NCBI GenBank assembly: GCA_963675665.1
Contig: OY776510.1
Span: 256,001-320,000, forward strand
Length of the DNA stretch: 64,000 nt
Reading direction: 5' to 3'
From: Spirochaetia bacterium
GTDB lineage: Bacteria; Spirochaetota; Spirochaetia; UBA9216
This document shows positions 26,835 to 36,378 of this stretch, one piece after another. The notes under the pieces are model-generated. The model was not told the DNA's origin, ran no database searches, and worked only from the letters and a program-made list of their open reading frames with translations. Position 1 is the stretch's first letter. Each line of letters starts with the position of its first letter. Both the position numbers and the translations under genes were made by a program.

Positions 26835-28577
26835 ATGAAAACCCGCGAAATGACTGCTGATGAAGTTAACATAACCATATCAGCGGAAGATATATCAAAT
26901 ATCAGCTATAATACTTCTCCGCCGCCTTTGGTTGATTCCTTTGCCGCCGAGGCCATCCGTACCGGATTAAGAATCCGCGGCAGGGGCACCAATCTTTTCA
27001 TATGCGGACCCTCCGCACTTGAAAGAGAAGCCGTTGTTTTATATGAAGCAGCGAACATGAAGGCCGGTCAAACAGGTAAACTCATTATAAATGAAAACAC
27101 CGACAATCCGGTCAGACCGATTGTAAAATTTGAGTCCTGCTCCATAAATGAATCCCATGCCTACCGGGCCCCTCTCATTTTTGAGAACAATCCGGTGCCG
27201 GCACGGCTGTTCGGTACCGCCGCAGTTTCTTCGTTAAGTGAAATAACTCCCGGTTCTCTGATAAGTTCCGCCGGCGGCGCCATTCTTCTTAACGCCGAAG
27301 ATTTGATTGAAGAAGAAGAAAGCTGGAAGCTGCTTAAGCGGATCCTTCGAACAGGCAGCACCGTCATAGGCGCCGGAGACCCGGCGTGCAATCCGGCCGC
27401 GACCTCTCCCCGTTTCATCATGCCCGAGGTTGAACTGGATTTGAAGGTTATAATACTGGGAAATGAAAACCACTATGATCATTTTTACAATTCAGACGAA
27501 GATTTCCGGGAACTGTTTCAGTTTTTCGCGGAACTTGACTCGGTAATTGAATTGACCCCTGAAACTCTTTCCGGTTCGGTTAATATTTTTAGAAACTTTG
27601 CTTCAGAAAAGCTGGGCCGGACTCTTTCGGACGAAGGCGCTCTTGAAACGGTTAAATACAGCATTGCGTCCGCAGAAAATATTACGAAACTCAGCACTCT
27701 TGTATCGGAAGTTGAGATACTGCTGACCGAAGCTGCAGATGCCGCGGAAGCCGGCAGCGGTGTAATCGAGGCTGCAGATATTATTAAGGCGCAGAAAAAC
27801 CAGAATTTAAGATACAACCTTCTGGAACGCAGAATTCTCGAAGATATAAAATCCGGCGAAATAAATCTTAAAGTAGACGGTTCCGAGATTGGAAAGGTTA
27901 ACGGGCTGGCTGTAATCGATAAGGGTCCGTGGTCGTTCGGTTCGGTAGGTCTTATTTCGGCAAGAATCGCCCCGGGAGAAAACGGTCTTGTAAACATTGA
28001 GCATGAAGCCGGTCTGTCGGGTGAAATTCATGATAAATGGGTACTGATCCTTGAAGGCTTTCTGCGCAGCCGTTTTGCGCAGGACTTTCCCATATCAATT
28101 TTCGGAAGTATTTGTTTCGAACAGTCGTACAGTGAAATCGACGGCGACAGCGCATCTTCCTCCGAGCTTTACGCGCTTCTGTCTGCAATTGCCGGCGTGC
28201 CCATACGACAGGATATTGCTGTAACAGGAAGCCTGAGCCAGACCGGTGAAATACAGGCGGTAGGAGGCCTCAGAGAGAAGATTGAGGGGTTTCATAAGAC
28301 CTGCAGGACAATCAATTTCACGGGACGCCAGGGCGTAATCATTCCGGAACGCAATATACAGAGCATTATTCTCCCGGACGAGATAATCAGCGACATCAGC
28401 AACGGCCGGTTCCATATTTATCCGGTTTCAAATGTCGACGACAGCATGGAGATCCTCACCGGAATGGAAGCCGGAAACAGAAATTCCCGGGGGCTCTTTC
28501 CTCATGGAAGCTTCAATTATCTGGTTGAGAAAAACCTGAAAAAAATAGCCTCACAAGCCAAAAATTTCGGTAATTGA
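26835..28577 (+). CDS. Lon-like S16 protease (LonC/YcbZ type)
   Basis: GKVNGLAV, FEQSY, DGDSAS (Ser), GGLREK (Lys). Confidence 0.88.
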   Translation: MKTREMTADEVNITISAEDISNISYNTSPPPLVDSFAAEAIRTGLRIRGRGTNLFICGPSALEREAVVLYEAANMKAGQTGKLIINENTDNPVRPIVKFESCSINESHAYRAPLIFENNPVPARLFGTAAVSSLSEITPGSLISSAGGAILLNAEDLIEEEESWKLLKRILRTGSTVIGAGDPACNPAATSPRFIMPEVELDLKVIILGNENHYDHFYNSDEDFRELFQFFAELDSVIELTPETLSGSVNIFRNFASEKLGRTLSDEGALETVKYSIASAENITKLSTLVSEVEILLTEAADAAEAGSGVIEAADIIKAQKNQNLRYNLLERRILEDIKSGEINLKVDGSEIGKVNGLAVIDKGPWSFGSVGLISARIAPGENGLVNIEHEAGLSGEIHDKWVLILEGFLRSRFAQDFPISIFGSICFEQSYSEIDGDSASSSELYALLSAIAGVPIRQDIAVTGSLSQTGEIQAVGGLREKIEGFHKTCRTINFTGRQGVIIPERNIQSIILPDEIISDISNGRFHIYPVSNVDDSMEILTGMEAGNRNSRGLFPHGSFNYLVEKNLKKIASQAKNFGN

Positions 28578-28630
28578 ACCTGTATTATCTATAACACAAG
28601 GATCTTGGGAGTATTTCTCTATTGTTTGTA

Positions 28631-28660
28631 TTGACAGATATTTGGGTAGAAAACTATACT
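28631..28660 (+). promoter_or_regulatory. sigma70 promoter of HDOD gene
   Basis: TTGACA-18-TATACT; GGAG at 28684 precedes ATG 28693. Confidence 0.7.
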
Positions 28661-28692
28661 TGTGTTTGTATCATTATGTACATGGAGTCATC

Positions 28693-30174
28693 ATGGCAAA
28701 GAAAGTAGATGTCGCACAAATAAACAAGGCAATTGCGTCTTCAGTTCCGGTAACGATAAAATCATTCAAGCTTCCGCATGAAACTGAAATGTATATAGAG
28801 GAAGTCCTCGGCGTCTATCTGAGTAAATTCGGCCAGGGCGAACTCAAGGACCGTATTGCATATTGTATGCGCGAACTTGCAGTTAACGCAAAAAAAGCAA
28901 ATACAAAACGGGTTTATTTTTCAGAAAAAAACCTCGATATAAATGATCCCGAAGACTATACAAAAGGCATGGAGTCTTTCAAACAGGAAACACTTGACAA
29001 CATTAATTACTGGCTGGAAAAACAGCAGGAAGCCGGACTTTACATCAAGGTGGTTTTCCATTCAACGGACAATTCTTTTACAATGGCAATAAAAAATAAT
29101 GCATTAATCTCGCAGAAAGAACAGATTCGGGTTTACGACCGAATTGCCCGATCCCGGGCGTTTGAATCAATGGAAGAAGCCCTGTCGTCCGTACTGGACG
29201 ACTCGGAGGGTGCAGGACTCGGAATTGTAATTCTTGTTCTAATGCTGAAAAAAATCGGCCTGGATGAAGACGCTTTTGATATTGATGTGGACGGCGATGA
29301 AACAATAGCCAGAATTACTATTCCCTTTGCAGATATTCATCTTGAAAACCTGAACCTGCTGGCACAGGAAATTGTCGACGAAATAGAGGACCTTCCGCAG
29401 TTCCCTGAAAACGTTGTATTTATTCAGAAACTGATTAGCGATCCGGAATCGGAGATCACCGATATTGCCAGGCAGATCAGTATGGACCCATCCTTAACTG
29501 CGGACCTTCTCAAGGTTGTAAATTCAGCCCAGTTCATGCTGCCAAAAAAAGTCGACAATATTGTAGAAGCCGTTAAACTTGTGGGTCTTCGCGGAATCAG
29601 AAATATGCTGTTCTCATACGGAACCCAAAAGGTATTGAAAACCGATCAGAAATCCCTCTGGGACCATTCATACAGGGTTGCCTTCTATTCATACAACCTT
29701 GCCAAGAACTTCAAGCGTAAAAAAGACCTTCTTGACGACGCCTATGTAGGCGGAATCCTGCATGATATCGGAAAGATAATATTCTCAAGCGTTCACCCCG
29801 ACCTGCTTGAAAAGATTTCAAGATTCTGCAATGAAAAAGAATTTCAGCATGATATCATGGAAGAACTCTCTGCCGGACTTAATCATGCCGTAATAGGCGG
29901 AAAGATAGCGGAGAAATGGAATTTTCCGGCATCATTGATTGAAGCAATAAAACATCATCATATTCCGGAGAACGCATCGAAGGAATCACGTGACGTTGTC
30001 AACACTGTTTATCTTGCCAATTGTCTTGCCAATCTGGAATCAGGGGAAATAACTTTTGAGCAGATACATACCCCGATTCTGCTTGATTTCGGCATTCAGT
30101 CGGAAGAGCAGTTTTTAATGATTCAGAAAAGACTTTCCGAGGCTTTCGATAACGACACGGAAAAACCTGAATAG
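28693..30174 (+). CDS. HATPase-like + HDOD domain signalling protein
   Basis: ELAVNA..GAGLG N-terminal; DPSL..LLKVVNSA, WDHS, LHDIGK, HA..G..W.FP, HH. Confidence 0.85.
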   Translation: MAKKVDVAQINKAIASSVPVTIKSFKLPHETEMYIEEVLGVYLSKFGQGELKDRIAYCMRELAVNAKKANTKRVYFSEKNLDINDPEDYTKGMESFKQETLDNINYWLEKQQEAGLYIKVVFHSTDNSFTMAIKNNALISQKEQIRVYDRIARSRAFESMEEALSSVLDDSEGAGLGIVILVLMLKKIGLDEDAFDIDVDGDETIARITIPFADIHLENLNLLAQEIVDEIEDLPQFPENVVFIQKLISDPESEITDIARQISMDPSLTADLLKVVNSAQFMLPKKVDNIVEAVKLVGLRGIRNMLFSYGTQKVLKTDQKSLWDHSYRVAFYSYNLAKNFKRKKDLLDDAYVGGILHDIGKIIFSSVHPDLLEKISRFCNEKEFQHDIMEELSAGLNHAVIGGKIAEKWNFPASLIEAIKHHHIPENASKESRDVVNTVYLANCLANLESGEITFEQIHTPILLDFGIQSEEQFLMIQKRLSEAFDNDTEKPE

Positions 30175-30176
30175 TA

Positions 30177-30977
30177 TCAATAAACGGATTCAGCCCATCT
30201 CTGCATCATAATTCCGAAAGCTACGGATACATTCAACGAGCCCTTGCTTCCAAAAACGGGAATGGATACAAGCCCGCAACTGTTCATTGCAACCCTGCGC
30301 GCTTCAGGGCTAATTCCAAGCTCTTCCGAACCTATTATTGCAATACCACTGCCCGGAAAATGAAAATTCTCAAGGGGTGTCCCGCCCAGTTCAAGGGCAA
30401 ACACCGGAACGTCTGCAGCCTGCCCGCCTCCGCTGAAAAGCTCCTCTTTCGGCATGTACTGCCAGTTGATTATTCCTGTGCAGCCCATTGATGAACGCAC
30501 GGCTCTCCGGTGCCCGGGAGAAGGACAGTCGGGACTGAGAATGATTTCCGAAACTCCAAAAGCTTCCGCGGTTCTGAAAATTGAGCCTACATTGAAAGGA
30601 GATCTTACATCGTCAAGAAAGACGGTAATTCCGCTTCCTGGCGCAGCGACCCGGCGGCCTTCGCTTTCTGAAATAGCAACCAGGGCGCGGTCCGGATCAA
30701 GATCCCAGTCAGCGGGTTCGGTGCCGAGAATTTTAAGTATTTCATGTCTCAGATTGTTTATTTTACGAATGTCCCCACCGGCGGCATCGGCAGCTTTCTG
30801 CCTCACAGCTGATGATTCGGCAAATACTTCCGTTATCAGTTCAAGCAGCCCGGAAAAATAAACCCGGTCGATATTCCCGCCTTCGGCAAGCTTATGTTCA
30901 AAAGCCTGCAACAAGACGGCTGTTTTCCGTCTCAGCGTTCCCGGTTTCAGGGTTTTAAGCTTTCTGAGCGTAATCAT
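30177..30977 (-). CDS. TrmH/SpoU family RNA methyltransferase
   Basis: NVGSIFRTA, GSEELG, SLNVSVA. Confidence 0.9.
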   Translation of the reverse strand: MITLRKLKTLKPGTLRRKTAVLLQAFEHKLAEGGNIDRVYFSGLLELITEVFAESSAVRQKAADAAGGDIRKINNLRHEILKILGTEPADWDLDPDRALVAISESEGRRVAAPGSGITVFLDDVRSPFNVGSIFRTAEAFGVSEIILSPDCPSPGHRRAVRSSMGCTGIINWQYMPKEELFSGGGQAADVPVFALELGGTPLENFHFPGSGIAIIGSEELGISPEARRVAMNSCGLVSIPVFGSKGSLNVSVAFGIMMQRWAESVY

Positions 30978-30986
30978 TGTTACCGG

Positions 30987-32135
30987 TTAAAGAGCCTTCC
31001 GAAGCATGGAAATAATTTCATCTGCGGGAACGGGTGTCGGAAGCTGGTTGATGTATTCAAATGTTCTAACCGATTCAGCTATACTGCTTAAATCATCCAG
31101 ACCGACGCCGAATTCACTCAACCGCATCTGGACTCGCTTAAGACCTATTCTGTGCCGGATGGATTCCGCCACGCGCTCCGCAGTCGCAACAGGGGAAAGC
31201 CCTTCGGTTTTTTCATTCAAAATAGGCGCAAGCCTTGCAATCTTTTCCGTGTGAACTTTAATACCGTATTCAAGCACTACGGGTAAAATCACGGCAGAAA
31301 CCAGCACACGGGGAACGCGACACCTTGTCGAGATAATCATCGACAATGCAGCACCGAATCCCGGGCCGGCCATTGAAAGCCCAAGAGCGGTAACAAGTCC
31401 GGCGCGGGCAGCCTTCATGAAAGCTTCCCGATCACCTGTATTATCATCCAGGCGTCTTTCGGAAGTGGCTACAGCGGATATGGCTTTTAAAAAAAGGCTT
31501 TCCGAAAGAAAATTGCTTTTTGCCGACATATATCCCTCAATGGCATACATCAATGTATCCATAATTGTAAAGGTGAATGTTGCTGCGGGTATGCTGGATG
31601 CGGTTTCAGGATCGATAAAAACAGCTTTTGGAAATTCTCCGCCCGTGCTTTTTAATATGCATTTGCGGCTGCGGCCGTCTGTCAGCATTATTGAATCTTT
31701 AAACATAAAAGGATCACGACAGGAAGTAGGGATCCCCAGAAAAGGTAGCGGTCGCTGTGACGGTTTAATGCCGTCAAGAAAATTATCGATTCTGAGTCCG
31801 GAGGGCGTTATTAAAGCCACAGCCCGGGCCATTGAAAGGGTCCTGACTCCGCCGACCCCGATAATAACCTGGGCTTTTCCGGCCGAGACAAGAGAAGCTG
31901 CGGAATCTACAGCCGCCGAATCGGTGTCCGGCCCTATTGAATCGAAAATGATACATGATATTCCGCTTGATTCAAGTATTTTCTCAATCCTTCTGTGCAG
32001 CCCTGTTTCCGCTACATTGCTTCCGGTAATAACCATTGCTCTTTTACCGTAAGCGGCGGCGGCTTCACCGATTCTTCCGAGAGAATCGTCTCCAAGATGT
32101 GTTTTAACCGGTACATTAAAAACAACCTGCTGCAT
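30987..32135 (-). CDS. Iron-containing alcohol dehydrogenase-fold protein (degenerate active site)
   Basis: IIGVGG, IPT, DP motifs; AGGAGG SD before ATG 32135; metal-binding His residues absent. Confidence 0.8.
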   Translation of the reverse strand: MQQVVFNVPVKTHLGDDSLGRIGEAAAAYGKRAMVITGSNVAETGLHRRIEKILESSGISCIIFDSIGPDTDSAAVDSAASLVSAGKAQVIIGVGGVRTLSMARAVALITPSGLRIDNFLDGIKPSQRPLPFLGIPTSCRDPFMFKDSIMLTDGRSRKCILKSTGGEFPKAVFIDPETASSIPAATFTFTIMDTLMYAIEGYMSAKSNFLSESLFLKAISAVATSERRLDDNTGDREAFMKAARAGLVTALGLSMAGPGFGAALSMIISTRCRVPRVLVSAVILPVVLEYGIKVHTEKIARLAPILNEKTEGLSPVATAERVAESIRHRIGLKRVQMRLSEFGVGLDDLSSIAESVRTFEYINQLPTPVPADEIISMLRKAL

Positions 32136-32148
32136 TAATTCCTCCTGT

Positions 32149-32186
32149 AAAAAAAAAGCAGAAAGCGCTTTGCAACACTCTCTGCT
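32149..32186 (-). terminator. Intrinsic terminator after flgM
   Basis: AGCAGAGAGTG-loop-CGCTTTCTGCT followed by a T run on the minus strand. Confidence 0.7.
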
Positions 32187-32207
32187 GAACAATCAATACT
32201 GTAATGA

Positions 32208-32492
32208 TTATGATAGACCGAAAGCGTCCATAATTCGATCTGCAACTTCTTCAATCTTGCTGTCGATATAGCCGGGGTCCTGCAGCTTTTGCTTAACCTC
32301 TTCAACCCTGTCCATTCTGATGTCGGGCGAAGATTTCACAAGCTCCGTAGCCCTGTAGATCTCTCCCAGATTCTTGGCTTCTTCAGACACGGAGATCGTG
32401 TCCTTGGCTTCGGGTTTTACAGCTTTTTCTGTTTTCCCGGTTTTATTAAGTTTTGATAATGGATCTATCGGTCCAAGTCTATCTATCGTCAT
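32208..32492 (-). CDS. flgM: Anti-sigma28 factor FlgM
   Basis: 94 aa; DTISVSEEA, DIRMDRVEEVK..L...Y pattern. Confidence 0.85.
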   Translation of the reverse strand: MTIDRLGPIDPLSKLNKTGKTEKAVKPEAKDTISVSEEAKNLGEIYRATELVKSSPDIRMDRVEEVKQKLQDPGYIDSKIEEVADRIMDAFGLS

Positions 32493-32516
32493 TTCAGAAC
32501 CTGCCTTCCAATAATA

Positions 32517-32544
32517 ATATCGGCACTCCTTAAGTTATATATTA
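32517..32544 (-). promoter_or_regulatory. sigma28-type promoter of flgM
   Basis: GCCGATAT -10 with TAAT 16 nt upstream. Confidence 0.65.
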
Positions 32545-33231
32545 ACCCTTTTTCTTTCCGGAAACAAGTACAGAAAACTCACCTTTTACTTTTTCCCGGT
32601 CATTAAGGAGCCCAAGGACTTCATTCACCGGTCCTTCCAGAAATTCTTCATGAATCTTGGTCATTTCCCGGCCCACAAGAATTTCCCGCTCAGGAAATAA
32701 ATCGGCAATATCCGTTAAAAGCTTGATGATTCTAAATGGAGATTCGTAAAATATCACTGCTTCCGGGCGATCAAGCAGTTCGCGCAGTCTTTTCCTTCTG
32801 CGGCCCGGCTTGGGGGACAGAAACCCCTCGAATGTAACAGCTTTATCCGGAAAAGCCCCGACGCTGACAAGAGAGGCAAAAGCCGAAGCTCCGGGAATCG
32901 GAACTACCCTGAACCCGGCATCCCTCACGGTCCTGACAAGACGCCCTCCCGGATCACTGATTCCCGGCGTTCCGGCATCAGACGCATATGCAGCATCAAG
33001 CCCGTCGGTCAGCATCCCGATAATCCGTTCAGCGGCCTTTTCCTCGTTGCCCGATCGGCAGCTGACAAGTTTTTTACTGATGGAATACGAATTAAGCAGC
33101 TTCAGCGTATGACGGGTATCTTCACAGGCGATTACATCAACTTCTTTCAGAACATCAAGCGCTCTCAGCGTAATATCTTTCAGATTACCTATCGGTGTAG
33201 CTACAATATACAAAGCTCCGGCTTCTTTCAT
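32542..33231 (-). CDS. rsmI: 16S rRNA C1402 2'-O-methyltransferase
   Basis: LYIVATPIGNL.DIT, CEDTR, SDAGTPGISDPG, YESP, REMTKIHEE; ATG 33231 follows TTGACA-17-GACACT-6. Confidence 0.95.
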   Translation of the reverse strand: MKEAGALYIVATPIGNLKDITLRALDVLKEVDVIACEDTRHTLKLLNSYSISKKLVSCRSGNEEKAAERIIGMLTDGLDAAYASDAGTPGISDPGGRLVRTVRDAGFRVVPIPGASAFASLVSVGAFPDKAVTFEGFLSPKPGRRRKRLRELLDRPEAVIFYESPFRIIKLLTDIADLFPEREILVGREMTKIHEEFLEGPVNEVLGLLNDREKVKGEFSVLVSGKKKG

Positions 33232-33333
33232 ACGGCAAGTGTCCACCTGATCAGATGAAATGTCAACCCGAAGAATTTATACGGAAAAAATTAAAAACCG
33301 TGAGTTTCATGCAGCTCATCCGATAATCAGAAC

Positions 33334-33762
33334 ATGAATGAACTTAACGGGCTTCATATAGCCGTTCTGATTATCTCCGGTATTCTGCTGCTGGTTCTTT
33401 TATTTTACCTGCTGAGGACCGGAAAAATGGAAAGGCCCACCCGCTCACGCCGAAAAAAAGCTGAACCGGGTTCTTCGGACAATGTAAAACCCTGCCCTCT
33501 CTGCGGGAAAATGCTGCGTCCGGGAGAAAGAGTGCATTCGGTGCTTTATCCGGGCTCTCCCGACAGCATGATGGAGATTTTCGGATGCCCTTACTGCGAG
33601 ACGGCGGAAAACACAAGAATATGCCCCGTCTGCAAAAAAGAAATGCCTCATGACGCAGTTCTTATCGCCAGGGTTTTTGAGAAACCGGGGAAAAAGCATG
33701 TGCACGTCCTGGGATGCAGCAACTGCTACAGCGGCCGGAGCAAACCCCGAAAAACCGGCTGA
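33334..33762 (+). CDS. Single-TM protein with four CxxC motifs (double zinc ribbon-like)
   Basis: N-terminal TM; CPLC, CPYC, CPVC, CSNC. Confidence 0.75.
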   Translation: MNELNGLHIAVLIISGILLLVLLFYLLRTGKMERPTRSRRKKAEPGSSDNVKPCPLCGKMLRPGERVHSVLYPGSPDSMMEIFGCPYCETAENTRICPVCKKEMPHDAVLIARVFEKPGKKHVHVLGCSNCYSGRSKPRKTG

Positions 33763-33832
33763 CGGAAATCTAAACCGTTAAAAACTCAAATAGTTATTTG
33801 ATTAATCCGCAAGCCGGGTTAAAATTATAGCT

Positions 33833-34918
33833 ATGGTAACAAAAGAAATGATAAAAAAACTGCCCAAGGTGGAACTTCATCACCATCTCGACGGCGGAGT
33901 AAGACCGGCAACAATAGTAGATCTGGCCGAAAAGGCGAAAATCGATATTCCGGACCATGATCCCGAGAAACTGGCGGACTGGCTTCACAGAGGAGCCGAT
34001 CGAAAGAGCCTTGCTCTTTACCTGGAAGGTTTTGCGGTAACATGCGGGGTCATGCAGACGAAAGAATCGCTTACCAGGGTTGCCCGTGAAACACTTGAGG
34101 ATCTTGCAAATCTGAACGTCAAATATGCTGAAATACGATTTGCACCGGTTCTTCATACTGAAAAAGGAATGAATCTCGAAGAGATTGTAAAGGCTGTCCT
34201 GATCGGAATGGAGGAAGGTCGTCAGCAGTTCGGTATCGATTACGGTGTCATCCTGTGCGCAATGAGACATCAACCTGCAAACGTGTCGCTTGAAATGGCC
34301 GAGCTGGCCGTATCTTTCCGAGACAGGGGCGTGGTGGGATTCGATATCGCAGGCGATGAACACGGCCATCCCCCAAAAAGACATCTTGATGCTTTCCAGC
34401 ATATCAGAAATAAAAATTTTAATATAACTATTCATGCCGGAGAGGCGTTCGGGATCGAATCCATCTGGCAGGCCCTGCAGATCTGCGGAGCTCACAGAAT
34501 CGGACATGCAACCAGGCTTCTTGAAGACATGGTTGTTTACGGCACGAGGATAGAAAAGATGGGCTCTCTTGCCGATTTTATACGCGACAAGCGTATTCCG
34601 CTTGAAATGTGCCTTTCCTCCAATATTCAGACAGGTGCAGCGCCGTCGCTTGACGAGCACCCGTTCCACACTTATTTTAGAAACGGGTTCAGGGTTACAC
34701 TTTGTACTGACAACCCGCTGATGAGCGATACGGATATTGTCAAGGAAATGAGCCTTGCCGCGGAATACTATAATTTGTCCATCAGAGACCTTGAGAAAAT
34801 TACGCTTAACGCGATGAAATCAGCGTTCATCCATTACGACGAACGTCTGCGTATAATATATGATGTGTTAAAACCCGGGTTTTCAAAGATTCGGGAGGAA
34901 ACAAACCCTACCGAGTAG
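33833..34918 (+). CDS. add: Adenosine deaminase
   Basis: PKVELHHHLDG, HAGE, RIGH, EMCLSSN, CTDN. Confidence 0.93.
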   Translation: MVTKEMIKKLPKVELHHHLDGGVRPATIVDLAEKAKIDIPDHDPEKLADWLHRGADRKSLALYLEGFAVTCGVMQTKESLTRVARETLEDLANLNVKYAEIRFAPVLHTEKGMNLEEIVKAVLIGMEEGRQQFGIDYGVILCAMRHQPANVSLEMAELAVSFRDRGVVGFDIAGDEHGHPPKRHLDAFQHIRNKNFNITIHAGEAFGIESIWQALQICGAHRIGHATRLLEDMVVYGTRIEKMGSLADFIRDKRIPLEMCLSSNIQTGAAPSLDEHPFHTYFRNGFRVTLCTDNPLMSDTDIVKEMSLAAEYYNLSIRDLEKITLNAMKSAFIHYDERLRIIYDVLKPGFSKIREETNPTE

Positions 34919-34920
34919 GA

Positions 34921-34950
34921 ATAACACTGAACCTGACTGTTCAGTGTTAT
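34921..34950. terminator. Perfect 12-bp hairpin after add (terminator or stabiliser)
   Basis: ATAACACTGAAC-CTGACT-GTTCAGTGTTAT. Confidence 0.5.
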
Positions 34951-35002
34951 CTTGAAGTTTAAAGCTGGAGCCTTTAAACTTCCCCGGTAAAAAGGGGGCA
35001 GG

Positions 35003-36187
35003 ATGAAAATCTTCAGGCTTTTTCTATTTCTGACAACCGTCTCAGTTATGTCCGCAGCGGGACTGACTGCGGAACCTCTGCGTATCTCGGTCCTGTACTT
35101 CCATAATACAGCCGAATCAGAACCTCTGAACTGGCTGGAAAAAGGACTTGCGGACATGCTGCTTACGGATCTCTCACTTTCGAAGGATATCATGGGTATT
35201 GAACGGGAACAGCTTGAAAAGATTATAGCTGAACAGAAATTCTCATTATCAGGGGTCACCGATGATAATCAGAGTATAGAGATTGGAAAGCTTCTTGCGG
35301 CTGAAATCCTTCTGACCGGAAGTTTCTTAGAATCCGGAGGACTTCTGCGTATCGACTGCAAGCTACTGGATACTGAAACCGGAGAACTCCGGGGTGCTGT
35401 GAAAACGGAAGGCAGTATTTCCGGCGTTTTCAGTCTTGAATCCGAAATTGCAATAGGGGTTTTTTCAGCTCTGGGGTTTGAAATACCGGAAGGACTGGAA
35501 AGCAGTAAATCAGCTTCGGTCACGGCCGCGGAATCGTACTACCGTGGACTGGATCTTTTCGATATGGGAGAATATGATCGCGCGGTAGAGTATTACCGAC
35601 AGGCCGCACTCGAGGATCCTCAATATGAAAAACCCCGCGCGGGGCTCGAAGAATCTTATAAATTCCTGAAAGATTTCAGGAAAATGCGCTACCAGAGGGA
35701 GATTAACAAGCTGCTTGCCGATGCCGAAATTCTACGTTCAAGACTTGATACCGAGCCATGGCTGACCTATGCAGAATTTATTATGAATGCATACAGAAGC
35801 GGTACTACCGATAATGAGGAACTGACCAGGCAGGCAGAAGCGCTCGGCCTGTTCAGCGGGGAAAATCCGGCCACCTGTGCATGGAACCTGCAGAATATAC
35901 TGCAGGAAACTGCCGATCTGTCGCTTGAATACTTTAACGATGAAGAACTGGCGGACTACGCTTACCGGGAAATAGTCAGTATAGCGCGCGACGCCAGGAC
36001 CCGATATAAGGATGATGCGTTTCTGCCCGAACTGATTTACCAGGAACTGCTTGTTACATTTTACAGGGATAAATGGGAAGAAAGCCTTGTTCTCTGTGAA
36101 GAATTGATGCTTAACTATCCTGAATACAGAATGATGTGGGCCGTTGAAGATTTTTATGAGAGTTCACTCGAAAACCTCGGGCAATAG
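35003..36187 (+). CDS. Secreted CsgG/FlgO-like domain + TPR protein
   Basis: Signal peptide; SVLYFHN, IEREQL, IGKLLAA..LTGS, LLDTETGE; TPR follows. Confidence 0.75.
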   Translation: MKIFRLFLFLTTVSVMSAAGLTAEPLRISVLYFHNTAESEPLNWLEKGLADMLLTDLSLSKDIMGIEREQLEKIIAEQKFSLSGVTDDNQSIEIGKLLAAEILLTGSFLESGGLLRIDCKLLDTETGELRGAVKTEGSISGVFSLESEIAIGVFSALGFEIPEGLESSKSASVTAAESYYRGLDLFDMGEYDRAVEYYRQAALEDPQYEKPRAGLEESYKFLKDFRKMRYQREINKLLADAEILRSRLDTEPWLTYAEFIMNAYRSGTTDNEELTRQAEALGLFSGENPATCAWNLQNILQETADLSLEYFNDEELADYAYREIVSIARDARTRYKDDAFLPELIYQELLVTFYRDKWEESLVLCEELMLNYPEYRMMWAVEDFYESSLENLGQ

Positions 36188-36216
36188 AAAAACAGGACCG
36201 TCTACGACGGCCCTGT
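36188..36216 (-). terminator. Minus-strand intrinsic terminator with no minus-strand CDS directly upstream
   Basis: ACAGGGCCGTC-GTA-GACGGTCCTGT-TTTT. Confidence 0.55.
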
Positions 36217-36378
36217 GTCGAGGATTATCATCCGGTCAGATTACAGGGTAGAAAGACTTACCGGAACCCCGATATTCACCATTTAACAATATTTTGATGA
36301 ATACAACAAGCCCGTAAGCCGTCCGTAAAATCAGGTTATTTTATAATTTACATCCGTATAAAAGACTAAACAGACAGC

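Noticed and set aside
32574-32587. Third copy of the palindrome upstream of the flgM promoter (AAAACTCACCTTTT)
   Set aside because: Spacing is similar, but it has four mismatches and lies inside rsmI coding sequence.
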